Part shown: one piece after another, positions 12,098-28,284 of the stretch
How positions within the stretch are numbered: the stretch's first letter is position 1
Layout: each line of letters begins with the position of its first letter
Assembly (NCBI RefSeq): GCF_006345805.1
Contig: NC_043001.1
Span: 90,520,001 to 90,584,000, forward strand
Reading direction: 5' to 3'
DNA: 64,000 bases
Origin: Octopus sinensis
Lineage: Eukaryota
Position numbers and translations under genes: made by a program
The notes under the pieces: model-generated
The model's input: the letters and a program-made list of their open reading frames with translations, nothing else
Database searches by the model: none
What the model was told of the DNA's origin: nothing

Positions 12098-13509
12098 GCA
12101 ATCAATTGGAATATTTCATTTCAACTCAGGAACGTTAAACGCTTTTTGGAAACGTACTAAATAATAATTTAATCCCTTTAGTTGTAGGAAGACTACTCAA
12201 AAGTTTGCACTTCATATAGAGTGCTGACGGCATTGGGTTTGGTGGAGCGTAGTTCTTTACAAGTGGTACTCCCCATTAGGCTCACCATTGTTGGATAATA
12301 AATCGAACTCAGCATTGCTAAACATCGGAACATTTAGCCGCTGCTTACAACAAAAGTGCAGTGCCAATCTTGGAACATTGGCTGTATAATCCATTGTCAC
12401 AATTCGTAAAAGAACTGAACTAATTGTATCTTATTGGTTGCAAGATACGAAACGTTTATTCTTGGACACTAGTTTGCCATTTCTTCAATTTAACCAGCTT
12501 TAAGCTTTCTAAATAACGGTTAAAATTGTTTATAGATATTTCTTTAATATCACTCTGAGTTTTCATGGTATAAAATGCCCCAAGAAAAATATAAAAATAA
12601 ATCGATGCGAGATCGAATTCTAGAACAAAATTGTCGAACATTATTCTGAGTTGACTGAGAAACATCTACCTAAAGCTCAAAAACGCTGGTTTTAATTTTT
12701 TTAGTATTTTCGTTGTTCTTTTCTTCTTTCTTTTCATCATAGAATCACCTGTTTTGTTCCCGTTGAAGAATATTTTTAAGAAAAAAATAACTTTGTCGTT
12801 ATTTGAATTACAGAAGCTATAGCTTCTTTGGTTTTAAATCTTCACAACGTGTCGTCCAAAAATGCCAGAAAAACACATACACTATTAGACCTCCCATTAA
12901 GAGAGTCAAAGAGGCTACACTGTATACGAAATATACAGTGAAATTATCAGCTTTGAAGAACATGATTTAGACTTTGAAACATACAAATATCATACAGTAT
13001 ATGAACAAAGATAACTATTTGGTTGAAAGGGCTTTAAAAATGATTGCCAAGTAAGATTTAAAATACGTTTTATATTTCAAAAATTATATTAATTGCAAAG
13101 GATGAGAATTGGGAAAATTTAAAATGCATGGATAGACCCTAAAAGCAATGAACAAATATAGCAAAGAAGCTAGCTGCTATAGCTTGATACAAATTTTCTT
13201 TCAATGAAATGAATAAAAAGCAAACAAATATATGTGATCTGTCCAACAAAAATATAGGAAAATCTAAAATTCACTTAATTTAATTTAAATATAAATTAAT
13301 TTAGGTCTTTTACTCCAGATGTATTTTGGTGTGGAAAAAAGTCATAAAGACAGAAGGGACAGGAGAAGAAAGAAGGAAATAGAATCAAAAACAGAGTTGA
13401 TGCAAGAAATTTGTTTCTGAAAATCTTTTGCCAACTGCTGGAAATAACGTAATCCTTGCCCAAATATCTGGGACGTAACCAAGGTAACGTGAGGTCTTCC
13501 TAAAATTAC

Positions 13510-13583
13510 CAGCAAATTCCGTCCTATTTCTCTACAGGAATCACTCCACAGACGTAGTGATGGATTTTCGGCAGCACGCCAAC
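13510..13583 (-). CDS. Candidate 74-nt internal exon of an unidentified gene
   Basis: Minus strand: pyrimidine-rich acceptor ttctttctctttttcactaagttttagttttcttgtatccgttttcag|G and donor CTG|gtaatt. Only one frame is open, (G)WRAAENPSLRLWSDSCREIGRNLL. No homology recognised and no partner exons found. Confidence 0.25.
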
Positions 13584-13627
13584 CTGAAAACGGATACAAG
13601 AAAACTAAAACTTAGTGAAAAGAGAAA

Positions 13628-15660
<2,033 letters not shown>

Positions 15661-15907
15661 ATATCTATCTCCATAAGCAAAAACCCTCTCTCTTTTTCTC
15701 TCCCCCCCTCTCTCTCTTTTCTCTCTTCGATTTTCTTCTCCATCACCCTCTCTCTCTTTTTAATCTTCTTCTTCTTCACCGTTGTAAACATAAACCATCC
15801 ACCCACCCACCCACCCACTTACCTCACCTACATCACTAAAAGGATGCTTTTGTTAATTGGCACGCTTCAGCTTCCTTCATCGTTTATAAATGCATAAACA
15901 GAACACA

Positions 15908-16114
15908 TACTTAAACACGTGCGGTCATACATACATACATACATACATACATACATACATACATACATACATACATACATACATACATACATACATACAT
16001 GCATGCATACATACATACATACATACATACATACGTACAGACAAACACACATACATATATATATCATATATACATACATATGTATACATATATATATGCA
16101 TATACTACATATCG

Positions 16115-16157
<43 letters not shown>

Positions 16158-16500
16158 CTTATATATATATATATATATATATATGTTTATATATATATAC
16201 ACACATATATATACACACGCACATACATACATATAGTATATATACGTACATATATATGTGTGTGTATGTATATGTATGTGTATGTATATATAGATGCATG
16301 TGTATGTATATACATATATGTATACATTATATATATGTATGTATTTACGCATATATATGTATATGTATGTATGTGTGAGTTTGTATGTATATATGTATGC
16401 ATGTATGTAATTACGTATGTATGTATGTATTTTATGTATGTATGTATGTATGTGTATGTATGTATGTATGTAAGCGTGCATACATAAATATTTGTTTGCA
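15908..16500. repeat. (TACA)n / (TA)n / (TATG)n compound microsatellite
   Basis: Directly visible. Confidence 0.95.
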
Positions 16501-16697
16501 CGTGTGTATATATACATATGTGTTTGCATATGCGGATGGGTGATCGGATGTGCGGGTGGGTAGGCGCGCGCATGCGAATGTTGTGTGTGCAAATGTAGAG
16601 TGTGTGTTTTTAGTGTAGTTCTGTGGCTGCGTATATATGTATTCACTGGTTTAACTCCAACGTTTTTAGTTATGTAACCACAAAAACTAGATATAAT

Positions 16698-16872
16698 TGA
16701 GGGTGCTAAAAAGTTCTCGGCTTTGGATAAGAGAAAATACAAGAGAATTAGTTAATTATGAATTAATAATTATTCAACATGATCCCCTCTCAGATTCACA
16801 CACTTATTGCAACGGTCCTTCAATTTTTCTAAGCGATACCCTTAAAGCCAGGAACTTTTCAGCACTCCCTCG
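16698..16872 (-). mobile_element. Mariner-derived MITE (same family as 18570-18787)
   Basis: TIRs gagggtgctaaaaagttc / gaacttttcagcactccctcg followed by TA. The internal sequence (attcacacacttattgc) is the reverse complement of that in 18570-18787. Confidence 0.8.
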
Positions 16873-16930
16873 TATATTTTGCTCATGAACGTGTGCATGG
16901 GTGTATGCATATGTGCATGAGCAAGTACGA

Positions 16931-16968
<38 letters not shown>

Positions 16969-16989
16969 TGTGTAAACCAGTCTGTGTGG

Positions 16990-17190
16990 GTGTCAAATAG
17001 CTTTATGAAGCATCTACATTAACACTCGAGCTGTTACGAAAAAAAGCAGCAAAATCTCCTGGATGTCAAACCCACCCTAATTGTCCTTCTAATGAAGGGC
17101 GAATGAGAAAATGCAGTGCTAGATATCCCTAAATTGTTTTGATGGTCAGGGATGGAATTGTTTTGATTATATGTCTATTATTTTCTTATT
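16990..17190 (+). repeat. Degenerate dispersed repeat, possibly a fourth SINE family (related pieces near 18950-19125, 26520-26650, 40340-40410)
   Basis: Shared motifs gctagaaat/gcagcaaaatctcc...accctaa and gatggtca(t)ggctggaa. Highly diverged. Confidence 0.4.
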
Positions 17191-17359
17191 TCGACATTAA
17201 ATTGTATTCGGTACTTCTGATTCTCACTCATTCTGTTTGGGTGGTCAAATGGAACGCTTTTACTACTCATTTCATTCCCTTTGCATATAAGAGCATTCTT
17301 GTGTGTGAGTGCGCGGCGAGTATACCCTAGCTTAGGTAAGCACACCCACCAACACACAT

Positions 17360-17377
17360 ACAGATAGATAGATAGAC

Positions 17378-17424
<47 letters not shown>

Positions 17425-17434
17425 AAGAAAGAAT

Positions 17435-17480
<46 letters not shown>

Positions 17481-17536
17481 TGATTGATTAATTGATTGAT
17501 TGATTGATTGATTGATTGATAGGTACAGAGAGAGAT

Positions 17537-17575
<39 letters not shown>

Positions 17576-17606
17576 CGTGTGTGTGTGTGTGTGTGTGCGC
17601 GCGCGC

Positions 17607-17655
<49 letters not shown>
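17360..17655. repeat. (GATA)n, (GATT)n, (GT)n/(GC)n microsatellites
   Basis: Directly visible. Confidence 0.95.
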
Positions 17656-17656
<1 letters not shown>

Positions 17657-18569
17657 TATGTTTATAAGCCGTCCTCTGTGAAGTAATTATGTCATATTAC
17701 TGTGTGAATATGTGTCTGTATGTTTGTATCACAAAGCAAATTACCGACCCAATCTTTCGGTTTGCAGATCAACACACCGCATAAACTCGCCCGGTTGCGG
17801 AACACCAATTGACATCAATTATAATTATTATTCTGACTTAATTATTAAATTACACAACATAACTTGCGTCACATCCTCATCTCGGAGCCTGCGTTCCACC
17901 CGTCTTGTGAGCGATGTGGACCAAGACAAGCATACGTCACCACTAGTCTAGTGATGCGTATCATTGAACGGATAGCGATGAACGCAACAGGTGTCGTTGG
18001 TAAATCGACAAAGGTGTTTTCGTCTATCAATGTCACTGGGGTGAAGATAGTAAATGTGACAGGCGGAGGAGCCTGTATTTCGTGACCGGTTTGACCATCG
18101 TCCATGGTAATGCCTTGTGTGTGAGTATGATGACTGATCGTGAGGAAATATAACCATGAAGCTTTTTAACTCAGAGGAAAAAAGACTGAGAAAAATAATT
18201 TTTAAAAATGAGACAGCTTTACGAGAAATAGATAAAAGTCCGACAAAGTCGTTTATTAATGTCCTTATCAAGTTTAAGCCTCACTACGAGACGTAACGCT
18301 CCTTATTTAATTATATAACTACACCACACTATAGGCAACACTATACACAGTATGACACAACACTATATAGAATACTACACACAAAACTACATCATGTTAT
18401 ACACAACTACACACTTGACAATGCATCATACACAACTATACACAACTCAACACTATACTATACACATTATACTACTCTATCGCGATGCTTCAATATATTG
18501 TATATAGCACGGTATTAAACTATATATAGTATACACAATACGACGCTATGTTATACTAACGCTAAACTA

Positions 18570-18787
18570 CGAGGGGGTGTTGAAAAGTTCCTGGTTTTAA
18601 GGGTATCGCTAAAGGCCTGGTTGGAAGCCCGACCTTCTGAGTTCTTTTACAGGGATTGGGAAAACAGAAAGACCGCTGCAATAAGTGTGTGAATCTGAAA
18701 AAGGAATATGTTGAATAAAATCATAATTAACTGATCCTCCTGTATTTTCTTTTACACAAAACTAGGAACTTTTCAACACCTACCCCG
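18570..18787 (+). mobile_element. Mariner-derived MITE with TA TSD
   Basis: TA|cgagggggtgttgaaaagttcctgg ... ctaggaacttttcaacacctaccccg|TA. Confidence 0.85.
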
Positions 18788-19766
18788 TATAGTAATATTT
18801 TACATGTCACTGCTATACTATGCACAGCACTATATCATATATTATGCTATACTATACTATACTATACGCGACATTACCTCCCCCCCCCCCACACACACAC
18901 ACACTCACTGTATACATTCCTAGACACAACACGTACTTAAGTGAAAACCCTCTCAGCCTGCTAGAAATTTCCCTCATAACACACGCCAACCGACTTGAGA
19001 AAATAAGATTATATTAAATATTGTAGTCTTAGATTTACAAGAAAAAACCGGGATGGTCATGGCTGGAACATCTTTGGCTTGGGGTGTGATATGAGCGCTG
19101 AGCTGGAGCTAAACACTAACAGCAACACAGTACTACACATTTTCAGGGCAATCTTATACACAGAATAACGTTACTACATCACACTATACCGCAATGCACA
19201 ACACCTATACATTAACAATATAAGCAGTCATACAGATTCTGTGTGTGTATGTGTGTCTGTGTCTGAGTGTTTGTGTGTGTGTGTTCGTGTGTGTGAACAC
19301 GAACCGTCATTTGTTCTTCTGTTTTGTTTTTTTTTCCTTTTTGACAAAGAGAGAAAATACTCTTTGGTTTAGAGGAAAGAGAAATAGGGGTATCGAGTTT
19401 CAAGCCTTTTCGTAACGACATCTTTAACGTGAAGTGAAGTGAAAAAGCTTCAGTCGGGTATTGAAGCCTCGTTTGCAATCGCGACCTAGCTGAAATTTGC
19501 TTGTTGCGTTTATAGCATTTACTTCGTAAATCGTTTTCCTACAATTCCATTCAGTTTGGGAGTGGGGGACAGATTTTGTAGTGCAAGAACTTAATCAAAC
19601 ACCAATGAATTATAAGTATTTAATTTATAGACTTCACAAAGAGGAATAGCATGGCAAGCTGAACAGAGAGGCTACCGGACATGATGTAGTATGGTCGGTC
19701 GAAGACGCTTATTATCTCAAATGGTTTATATCACCTAGATGTAAAGAAGCATCTCAGACTCTCATT

Positions 19767-19966
19767 CTCATTTACTCATTTACTTGTTTCAGTCATTTGA
19801 CTGTGGCCATGTTGGAGCAAATCGACCCCAGGACTTATTCTATCGGTCTCTTTTGCCGAACCGCTAAGTTACGGGGACGTAAACACACCAGCATCGGTTG
19901 TCAAGCGATGTTGGGGGGGGACAAACACAGACACACAATCATATACACACACATACACACACACAG

Positions 19967-20038
<72 letters not shown>

Positions 20039-20150
20039 GACGGGCTTCTTTCAGTTTCCGTCTACCAAATCCACTCACAAGGCTTTAGTCGGCCCAAGAC
20101 TATAGTAGAAGACACTTGCCCAAGGTGCCACGCAGTGGGACTGAACTCCT
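19767..20150 (-). mobile_element. SINE-A, head partly truncated
   Basis: Reverse complement of the SINE-A tail, core and head, with a long internal (TA)n. Confidence 0.9.
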
Positions 20151-20430
20151 AATTATAATTTCTTTTTTACCGTAACACCATTATAAAGCTGGCAAGCGTT
20201 ATCAGCTAGCAATGCTTAGTTAAAACACTCAAGTGATCACGACAAGTAAGTGAGAAGCCACTCCAATGTACTCCTCTCTTGCAAGACTGCTGAAAGATTT
20301 CATCGTCAGTGGTGTACAGATGCGCTTCTCTGGTTTATAGAGTTGTGCAGATTGTGAGACGTTAATTCTTTGCCTGAGGTTATTAGATGCGTAAAATAAT
20401 GGAAATGATTTATCACCAGAGCCGAACCAG

Positions 20431-20488
<58 letters not shown>

Positions 20489-20504
20489 GTGTGTGTGTGT
20501 TGTG

Positions 20505-20536
<32 letters not shown>

Positions 20537-20999
20537 AATGTGTGTGTGTGTGCGTGCGTGCGAATGTGTGTGTGTGTGTGAAAATGCATGCTTTGCTTGC
20601 AGCAGTGTATTAATAATTGCAAGATGAAGTTTAGATTTAGCTTGTCGAGAGTTGAAGTGAAATCTGATACATATTAAGTCAAAGTTGGCAATCAAACTGT
20701 TTTATTTTTCCACCTAATTTGCAGCTAGGCGAGCGGAGCCATCAGAAGAGAGTTAAGTGTTTTGTCAAAGGAAAGACCCTAAAACAATTTTACACAAACG
20801 AAGTTCCAAGACTACTTTTGTCTCCAGACGCCTATCTGTGATTTATTAAGGTTTCTAAATGATTGGATTATTAATCTCTACATAGATATAAGTATATTAG
20901 ATTGTTATGAGAATTCTTCAATCAAGAATTTTTTTCCAGTTTCGAGTCACGCCAGGAAAAGTAGAAACAAACTGAAAAAAATATTGAGCATTTTTAGCG

Positions 21000-23800
21000 T
21001 AAGGTTTTTAGTAATTACTACGAAAAAATTAAAACTCGTTAATTAAACAGTGTTGCTATTGCTTATGATATTGACCCTTTGTATTCTGCTCGGTGTGCAG
21101 ATAGCCATTAGTATAATAGTTCCAAATTAAAATCCGAACTAGATTACAGCTATGCTAATTCTAGATAGATGCGACAAATGTCCTTGAGAACATCACATAA
21201 CCTTACTTTCCATAACTCTTTAAATATTAGTCTGTGCCTATTTAGGAATTCATGATGAATTTGAAAAGAAATAAGAAACTATTTTGTCGAGCAAACATAT
21301 GCTTTCATTATCCTCCGGATATTTCATTGTTAGAATGTATTTGTCATTGTAGTGGGTTTAGCAACTTATTGGTTCAACTGTTGAAGGTTATCTTCTAATG
21401 TATTATAATCAGTACAGTTGAAGGTTATCTTCTAATGTATTATAATCAGTATAGTTTTAGGAGAGTAATGCATTGGTAGTAAAGCGTTCTGGATAAGAAG
21501 AACTGCGTATAATATTAGATGCTGTCTCTCATCACTTGCGCGCGCTTTTCTCACTATTACTGTCTAGAAATGATCGTCTGCTTGGTAAGGTGATAGTGTA
21601 GATGATAAAAATCTCAGAAAAATGTGGCAGTTAATTGTAAGTATGTTTGGTAGATATATTTCTGGAATGTTATGTATGTTTATATACATATACATCCAAA
21701 AATAAGCATTCAAATTAAAAGTAACTTCTCATAAAGCCAAGTCTATATCCCTGACTCAGTTTAGGCTTGTAATCATTTCGTTTCGCTAGAAAAGGCATTA
21801 CTTTTAAGAAAATTACGGACCGCACTTTTATAAAACAAAATTATTTTCAAAAAGGAAATTTAATGACATAACTTAACAGAGCCCAATGTATTCTCACATA
21901 GACACATTTATATTATGCGTATCTGTAAGCACATTATGCACGCACACACACATACACACACACATAAAGTACTCAAAATATGTGTGTGTGGATAAATTGT
22001 AAATAAGTTTACATATACATATTTAATAAACATGCATTGAACCGTTATATGTAAATAGACCCTGGAGTTAAAGCACAGGGCTCTCTTTGTGAAACTAGTA
22101 GTTTCGCCTGATTGTTGCTTGGGATTATCTAGAATATCTTTCTGGTTTTTTTTTACAGAGATAGCAGCAGATTAGCATTGCTTTTTCTCTTATGCCTATC
22201 TGCTAAAGAGAATATGATTCAAGAATGTTTGCAACGGTTTCTGAAGATTTTGAAACGAGAAAAATACGTACAACATTGAATAAAACCAAAACGTACACGG
22301 TATACACAAAAGCACATACAACAGGCTCATACAACAGGCTATAATTTAATGATATTCACCAACATTGATGATAACCCTGAAACTGATTCATACCATTCTT
22401 GTAACATGGAAACGAAGGTTATAACTACCAGTCTTGATACAAACGACAAAGTAGATTATTTAGATCCACGCACACCATTCATTTCCTTTAAGATCACAAA
22501 TTTAATTTTTCTACTAGCTTTAAATCAAGTTGTTCAATCCGGCAAAATACTGAGCTCGGACTTGTGACTAAATATACCCCAGATTCAATTATACTTGAAA
22601 TACAAAATGTTGAATCTTTTAACTTATTGAAAACTATTGTGTCAGCAGTGTTCTTGTATTAATGACAGACGACACTGAAAATTATTTAGTTCTAAGTAAT
22701 TGACTTTTATCCCTTTAAATTTCAGCTATATATTGTAAACAAAACGGTTACGAATTGTTTTATTCCTCCTATGATAGAGCTGATTTATGCGAAATTATCA
22801 CAATTTATGTTTCAGATCACTCTGCATAAAATGTTTTCTACCATGCGAAAAGTTCATTGTAGAGACGAAAGGCTCTCTGTCTTATGCAATACAAATTGTC
22901 ATGAATTAGATGAGATGAGCTTTTAAAAAATCTTAAAATTATATAGCTTGACACTAATCTTTAGATATCACTTTCAACTGAGATACAATTAAATTCCGCC
23001 CTTTATACTAATAAGAATGCTAATCATCCGCTCAGATTTGCATGAAATGTAATTCCAAATATTAATAAACATATGCTTTCATTATCCTCCGGATATTTCG
23101 TTGTTAGAATGTATTTTGCAACAAGAGCTTTTCATATAAAATTAAATATATTACCAACACCATTCTCCCTAAGCATAGGAATAGAAGAAATACCCTTATG
23201 GTATAAACCAGTCTTTAGCTTGAATGTAAAAACAAATATTTCCAAAAAGTCCGAGATTTAATTAGTGAGACTTTCCCACGAATCTTTGCTCTAAAAAGTT
23301 TGCTTGCTCAATTAACTGTTTTAGTTCACAAAGGCTCTCCAATTTCAATCTTCTCTCTCCGCCCCTATCTGTATTTGTATCCGAATAATTTTCCTTGCAA
23401 TTATAACTACCATTCAAATGCATTAATTTGATTACTGGCAAACATCTAGACAAAGCTCTGTGATTAACTCTTATACTGGATTAACTGGAAACAAGTTGAA
23501 GATGCGGTTTTGACAGCATTTCCATTCTTTTAACATTCAGAAAAAAGATTTGTGTCATGTTGGCCTAAATATATTGGGTTTTAAAGAATCTAGTCCAACT
23601 ACGCTTAAAGCAACATGGAAAAGTCTTGACTAAGCTGCATTGTATAAACATTCCTCAGTTCAATCTTGAACCGTAAACAATATTAGATGGTAGAAACGCT
23701 TCTAAATATTTACTTCATAATTATTTGTCTCCAAACTCAAATGGTAGCTCTTTGAACAATCAGATCTAACGCCGTCAAATTTTTGGCCCCATCTTTTCCT
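21000..23800 (-). pseudogene. Possible very old L1/Tx1-like LINE relic split by an insertion
   Basis: Weak motifs only: IYLGQH (~23560), KGISSIPMLRE...KALVAKYILT (~23110-23200) and IFKELWKVRLCDVLK (~21190-21230). A 50-bp direct repeat lies at 21293-21342 and 23067-23116. Confidence 0.25.
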
Positions 23801-25169
23801 TCATACATTGAAGAAGTTAACTATTTCATTTTATATTTTATATTTTTTATTTTATATTTCCAAGTTATTTCCCTTGCACGGTTTGGACAACTTGCAATCT
23901 ATCTTTTATAATTACTTTTCCATTAATTTTATGTTCGCTAATGTTTTGCCTAATTAATTTTTCTTCCTCTTAGTTGCAATCGCTTTTATTACTTTATTTA
24001 AGTTTTCAAAATTTGTATATATTTGTGCTCAATGCTCATTCTTATTCTCTCCTGCTTTTACATTTTTTTGATTTTCTTGTTCCCTAAGCGCCATATCCTA
24101 CCCAACCATTCGTTTGCTTTGTACACAACTATCATTATCAAGCAATAGATGCGTATGTGTTTCTGTGCTTGTGAGTGTGTATATACATGGATACATACAT
24201 ACATGTAGTCATACATAATTCTACATATGCATTCATGTATGTGTATATACATTGTGTATATGTATGTATGTATTTATGTATGCATATGTACAAGTAACTC
24301 GTATATATGACCATCCACTCCATCAAAAGAAAAGTCTTCACTTTAGGGATTAAAAGCTGTCACTAACAAATCTTAAAAACAATCAAAAGTGCATTCAATA
24401 TTCTATGATCCAAAAACATTGTTACAATCGAAGATATTTGAAATAACTGGACGTGGAAATATATAAACTTTCAGAAACTGTTCGTTGCTCTCAGAATTAT
24501 TCCGCTAATATCCATCAAAAGTGGGAGAATCTTTACTCTCACCTCTTTATAAAATTGCCATCAAGTTTGGCCGACAACACCAACATACTCTTCTCGGGAC
24601 AATACTTTCCGGATACTGAGGGCCTGGAAAACCTTTATAGTCCGTACTAATTTACGAGCTGAGACTTGAAATTCAAGCAGCCGTCAGACTAGTTTACTAA
24701 TACCTTGTACATACTAGTATCTTGCACAGTACAGTATTGTATCGATATAATAATGTACAGATTTCGTTTAACTATATAAGTAAATTTAATGGTTGTTTAA
24801 TTTAATGGTGATCACCTTCGGTTCTGGAAAAACAAGTCTGGTCCCAGAAAATCCATGTTGTACCTAACCATCAATCTGACTGAAATAGATTTTAACCTTC
24901 AGGAAAATTTTATTTTCTTTTTACGCAAAATGTTAATGCTTTCTACACAAATTTACATATATTTCAATAGAATGAACTTGATTCTCAGGAAATTTCCAGG
25001 AACACAGTTTTTTAGTTTTTGTATTCCTAATTTCTTAGAAATGAAAATTTCCAGGAAATTATGAGGTTCTGATTCATATGTGTGTCTAAGTGTGCATGTG
25101 TGTATGAGGAAGAGAGGCGAGGGAGAGAGAAAGAGAGAGAGAAACAGACAAACAGACACTCAGAAAAAG

Positions 25170-25995
<826 letters not shown>

Positions 25996-27039
25996 CGCCA
26001 CTTATATCAATAGAATATATCAATATATATATTGTTGCGATGTTTATCAATGTTCAACCATACACATGCACATGCACGTGTCCAGAAACATATGCACACA
26101 TACACACACACACACACACACACAGAGAGACTTATGTATATATATTCGTTTGTGCGAGCGAATGCGTAGGTGTTATGTCATTTCTGATATCAATAACAAT
26201 TATTGTACCTCTAAGTGTGTGCGTGTGTTATCGTTTGTTTGCATGTGCATAGAATATGAACCTCCACAGTGCACTGCACTGTATCTATTTCTGGTGCCCA
26301 TGTCGTGAGTCAAGCTGATAATAAATATATAACTGTTTTCAGTAGGTTATTGTTGTTCGCCAGTCTATCGTAGACAATTTGTCGTTCGTATTGAGTTAAA
26401 CTCAGTCGTAAAAGAGCATGCTTTTACTGCTTCTTATAACGGAAGTTACACCACTCAGGGATACTATATGTACATGTAACATGAGACTATAAGATGTCTT
26501 TTAAATAGCCGATGAGATTTCTAGAAATAACACACCAGATCTTAATTAAATCCTTATTGTTTTAAAAACGGAAAGAACGTGTTGTTTAATGTAGTTCTAC
26601 ATATATTGTGTCTGAAAAACAAAACAAACCACAGACATTATGGTCATGGGCGATACACCTCGGGTAATTAATTTACTGAAGGTTTATCTGAGATTAGGCA
26701 ATGATTACAACAACCTACTTGGGATTAGACGGATTGTGCTATATAAATATATGTACGAGATTAGAACCAACAACTTCTCGGCTGGTTACTCAGTATCATA
26801 TTAAGTCGGCCATATGCAGTTACGAAAATTAAAGTACATGTACCCAGTAGAGATTCGTTGGATGGCAGACGAAAACTCCATCTGCAGGTGGTAAGTCAGA
26901 CACATGAAATGTGTATGCCACAGATGGGCTCTGTACTGCGATTGGATATTGTAGCCACTGGGATTCTAGATACTAGAAGAGAAAGAGATCCATTGCAAAT
27001 GGACCATGAGCCAAATACTGGTGGAAATTTTTGGCACGA

Positions 27040-27225
27040 GGCCAGCAACTTCAGGGAGGGGCTAAGTCGATTACATCGACCTTAGTACTCAACTGGTACT
27101 TATTTTATCGACCTGGAAAGGATGAAAGGTAAAGTCGACCGCAACGGAATTTGAACTCAGAACGAAATGCTGCAAAGCATTTTGTCTGGCGTTCTAATGA
27201 TTCTGCCAGCTTGCTGCATTTAACG
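27040..27225 (-). mobile_element. SINE-B
   Basis: Reverse complement of the SINE-B head and core (ggatgaaaggtaaagtcgacc...ggaatttgaactcagaacg). Confidence 0.85.
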
Positions 27226-27791
27226 TGTGTCGAATATCAAACTCGTGAACACTATGTATGAATGTAAATATGTAAGTGTGTATTTATGAAAATATGCAGA
27301 TACATAAATTGACGGCGAACTGACACCAGTATAAGCATATGACTATGCAGGTGCACACATTTATGTAATACAAATATACGATCATATGTATGCATAAATA
27401 TATGTATAACATTCTACCGACCCACCTATAAATTATAGGTTATATGATGTCAAATGACGTAAGATAATAGGTGCATACAGTTAGCTCTCAGGTCGAATCT
27501 GTGCCTAAACTCCGGCTATAAATTCAACATTTGACGCAGGCATGTGATCTGTGACTTATATTCCTTTATGCATTCCTTTATCCCAGTATGTAGTATAAAT
27601 ATAGATATGAATCTGACCAGAGACCTGTTCTTTGCCTGTATATCTTTATTCTCTATAATACGTGCATATACATACATACATGCATACATACATATATATG
27701 CATGTGTGTATATGTATATGTATGTATATTGACATATGTGTATGTGTATGTATATATATACATACATATATATATGTAAGTGTATATATAT

Positions 27792-27826
27792 GTTTCTGAC
27801 GAAGAGCTCCGCTCGAAACGTTAAAC
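27792..27826 (+). ncRNA. Minimal type I hammerhead ribozyme motif (Penelope pLTR / retrozyme type)
   Basis: GUUU-CUGACGA-A-GAGC(UCC)GCUC-GAA-ACGU-U-AAAC: stem I GUUU/AAAC, intact CUGANGA and GAAA core, stem II GAGC/GCUC, palindromic ACGU stem III, GUU cleavage triplet. Confidence 0.7.
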
Positions 27827-28284
27827 CCTCCTTCTTTCCTTCCTTCCTGAGCGTCCAATAATACTATATTTGTTCCACGTTCTCGCGTTGTTGTGTTTTC
27901 TCTTTGTGTTTTCATGTTTGGATTAACTATAGCTATAAGTGCACTTATATAGAATATTGTTACTGATATTATTATATTCAATTCTAATCCTCATTAAAGA
28001 TATTTCCCATTAACTTATTAATCATTGTGATTAGTTTATAACAACAACCTTTCTCCATCTATTGACTCATTGGAGTTTCAAGACCTCCCCAGCCTCATCA
28101 TCAGACTGGCATCGTGATCGCATTCTTTTTCAATGGTCTCAACGAGCATGGCAAACTAGCTGATCTTTCGCATTTAAATTTGTTAGCTTCTGAGCTTTGG
28201 AGGTGAAACATAACAAGAGCAGGAAAATATCATGTAGATTATTTACATTAGTCGGAGTGGTGTCCGCTTCTTGATTGTTGCTTT

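Noticed and set aside
12200-12430. Minus-strand protein-like stretch (MDYTANVPRLALHFCCKQRLNVPMFSNAEFDLLSNN) ending at a G|gtgag donor-like site
   Set aside because: No convincing acceptor, no recognisable homology and competing donor sites; indistinguishable from chance.
24453-24650. ORF with LADNTNILFSG resembling the RT FADD motif
   Set aside because: A single weak motif; the flanking RT motifs (PQG, YLG) were not convincingly found.
26840-26900. Plus-strand ctgcag GTG gtaagt micro-exon-like signal
   Set aside because: No polypyrimidine tract and no supporting exons.
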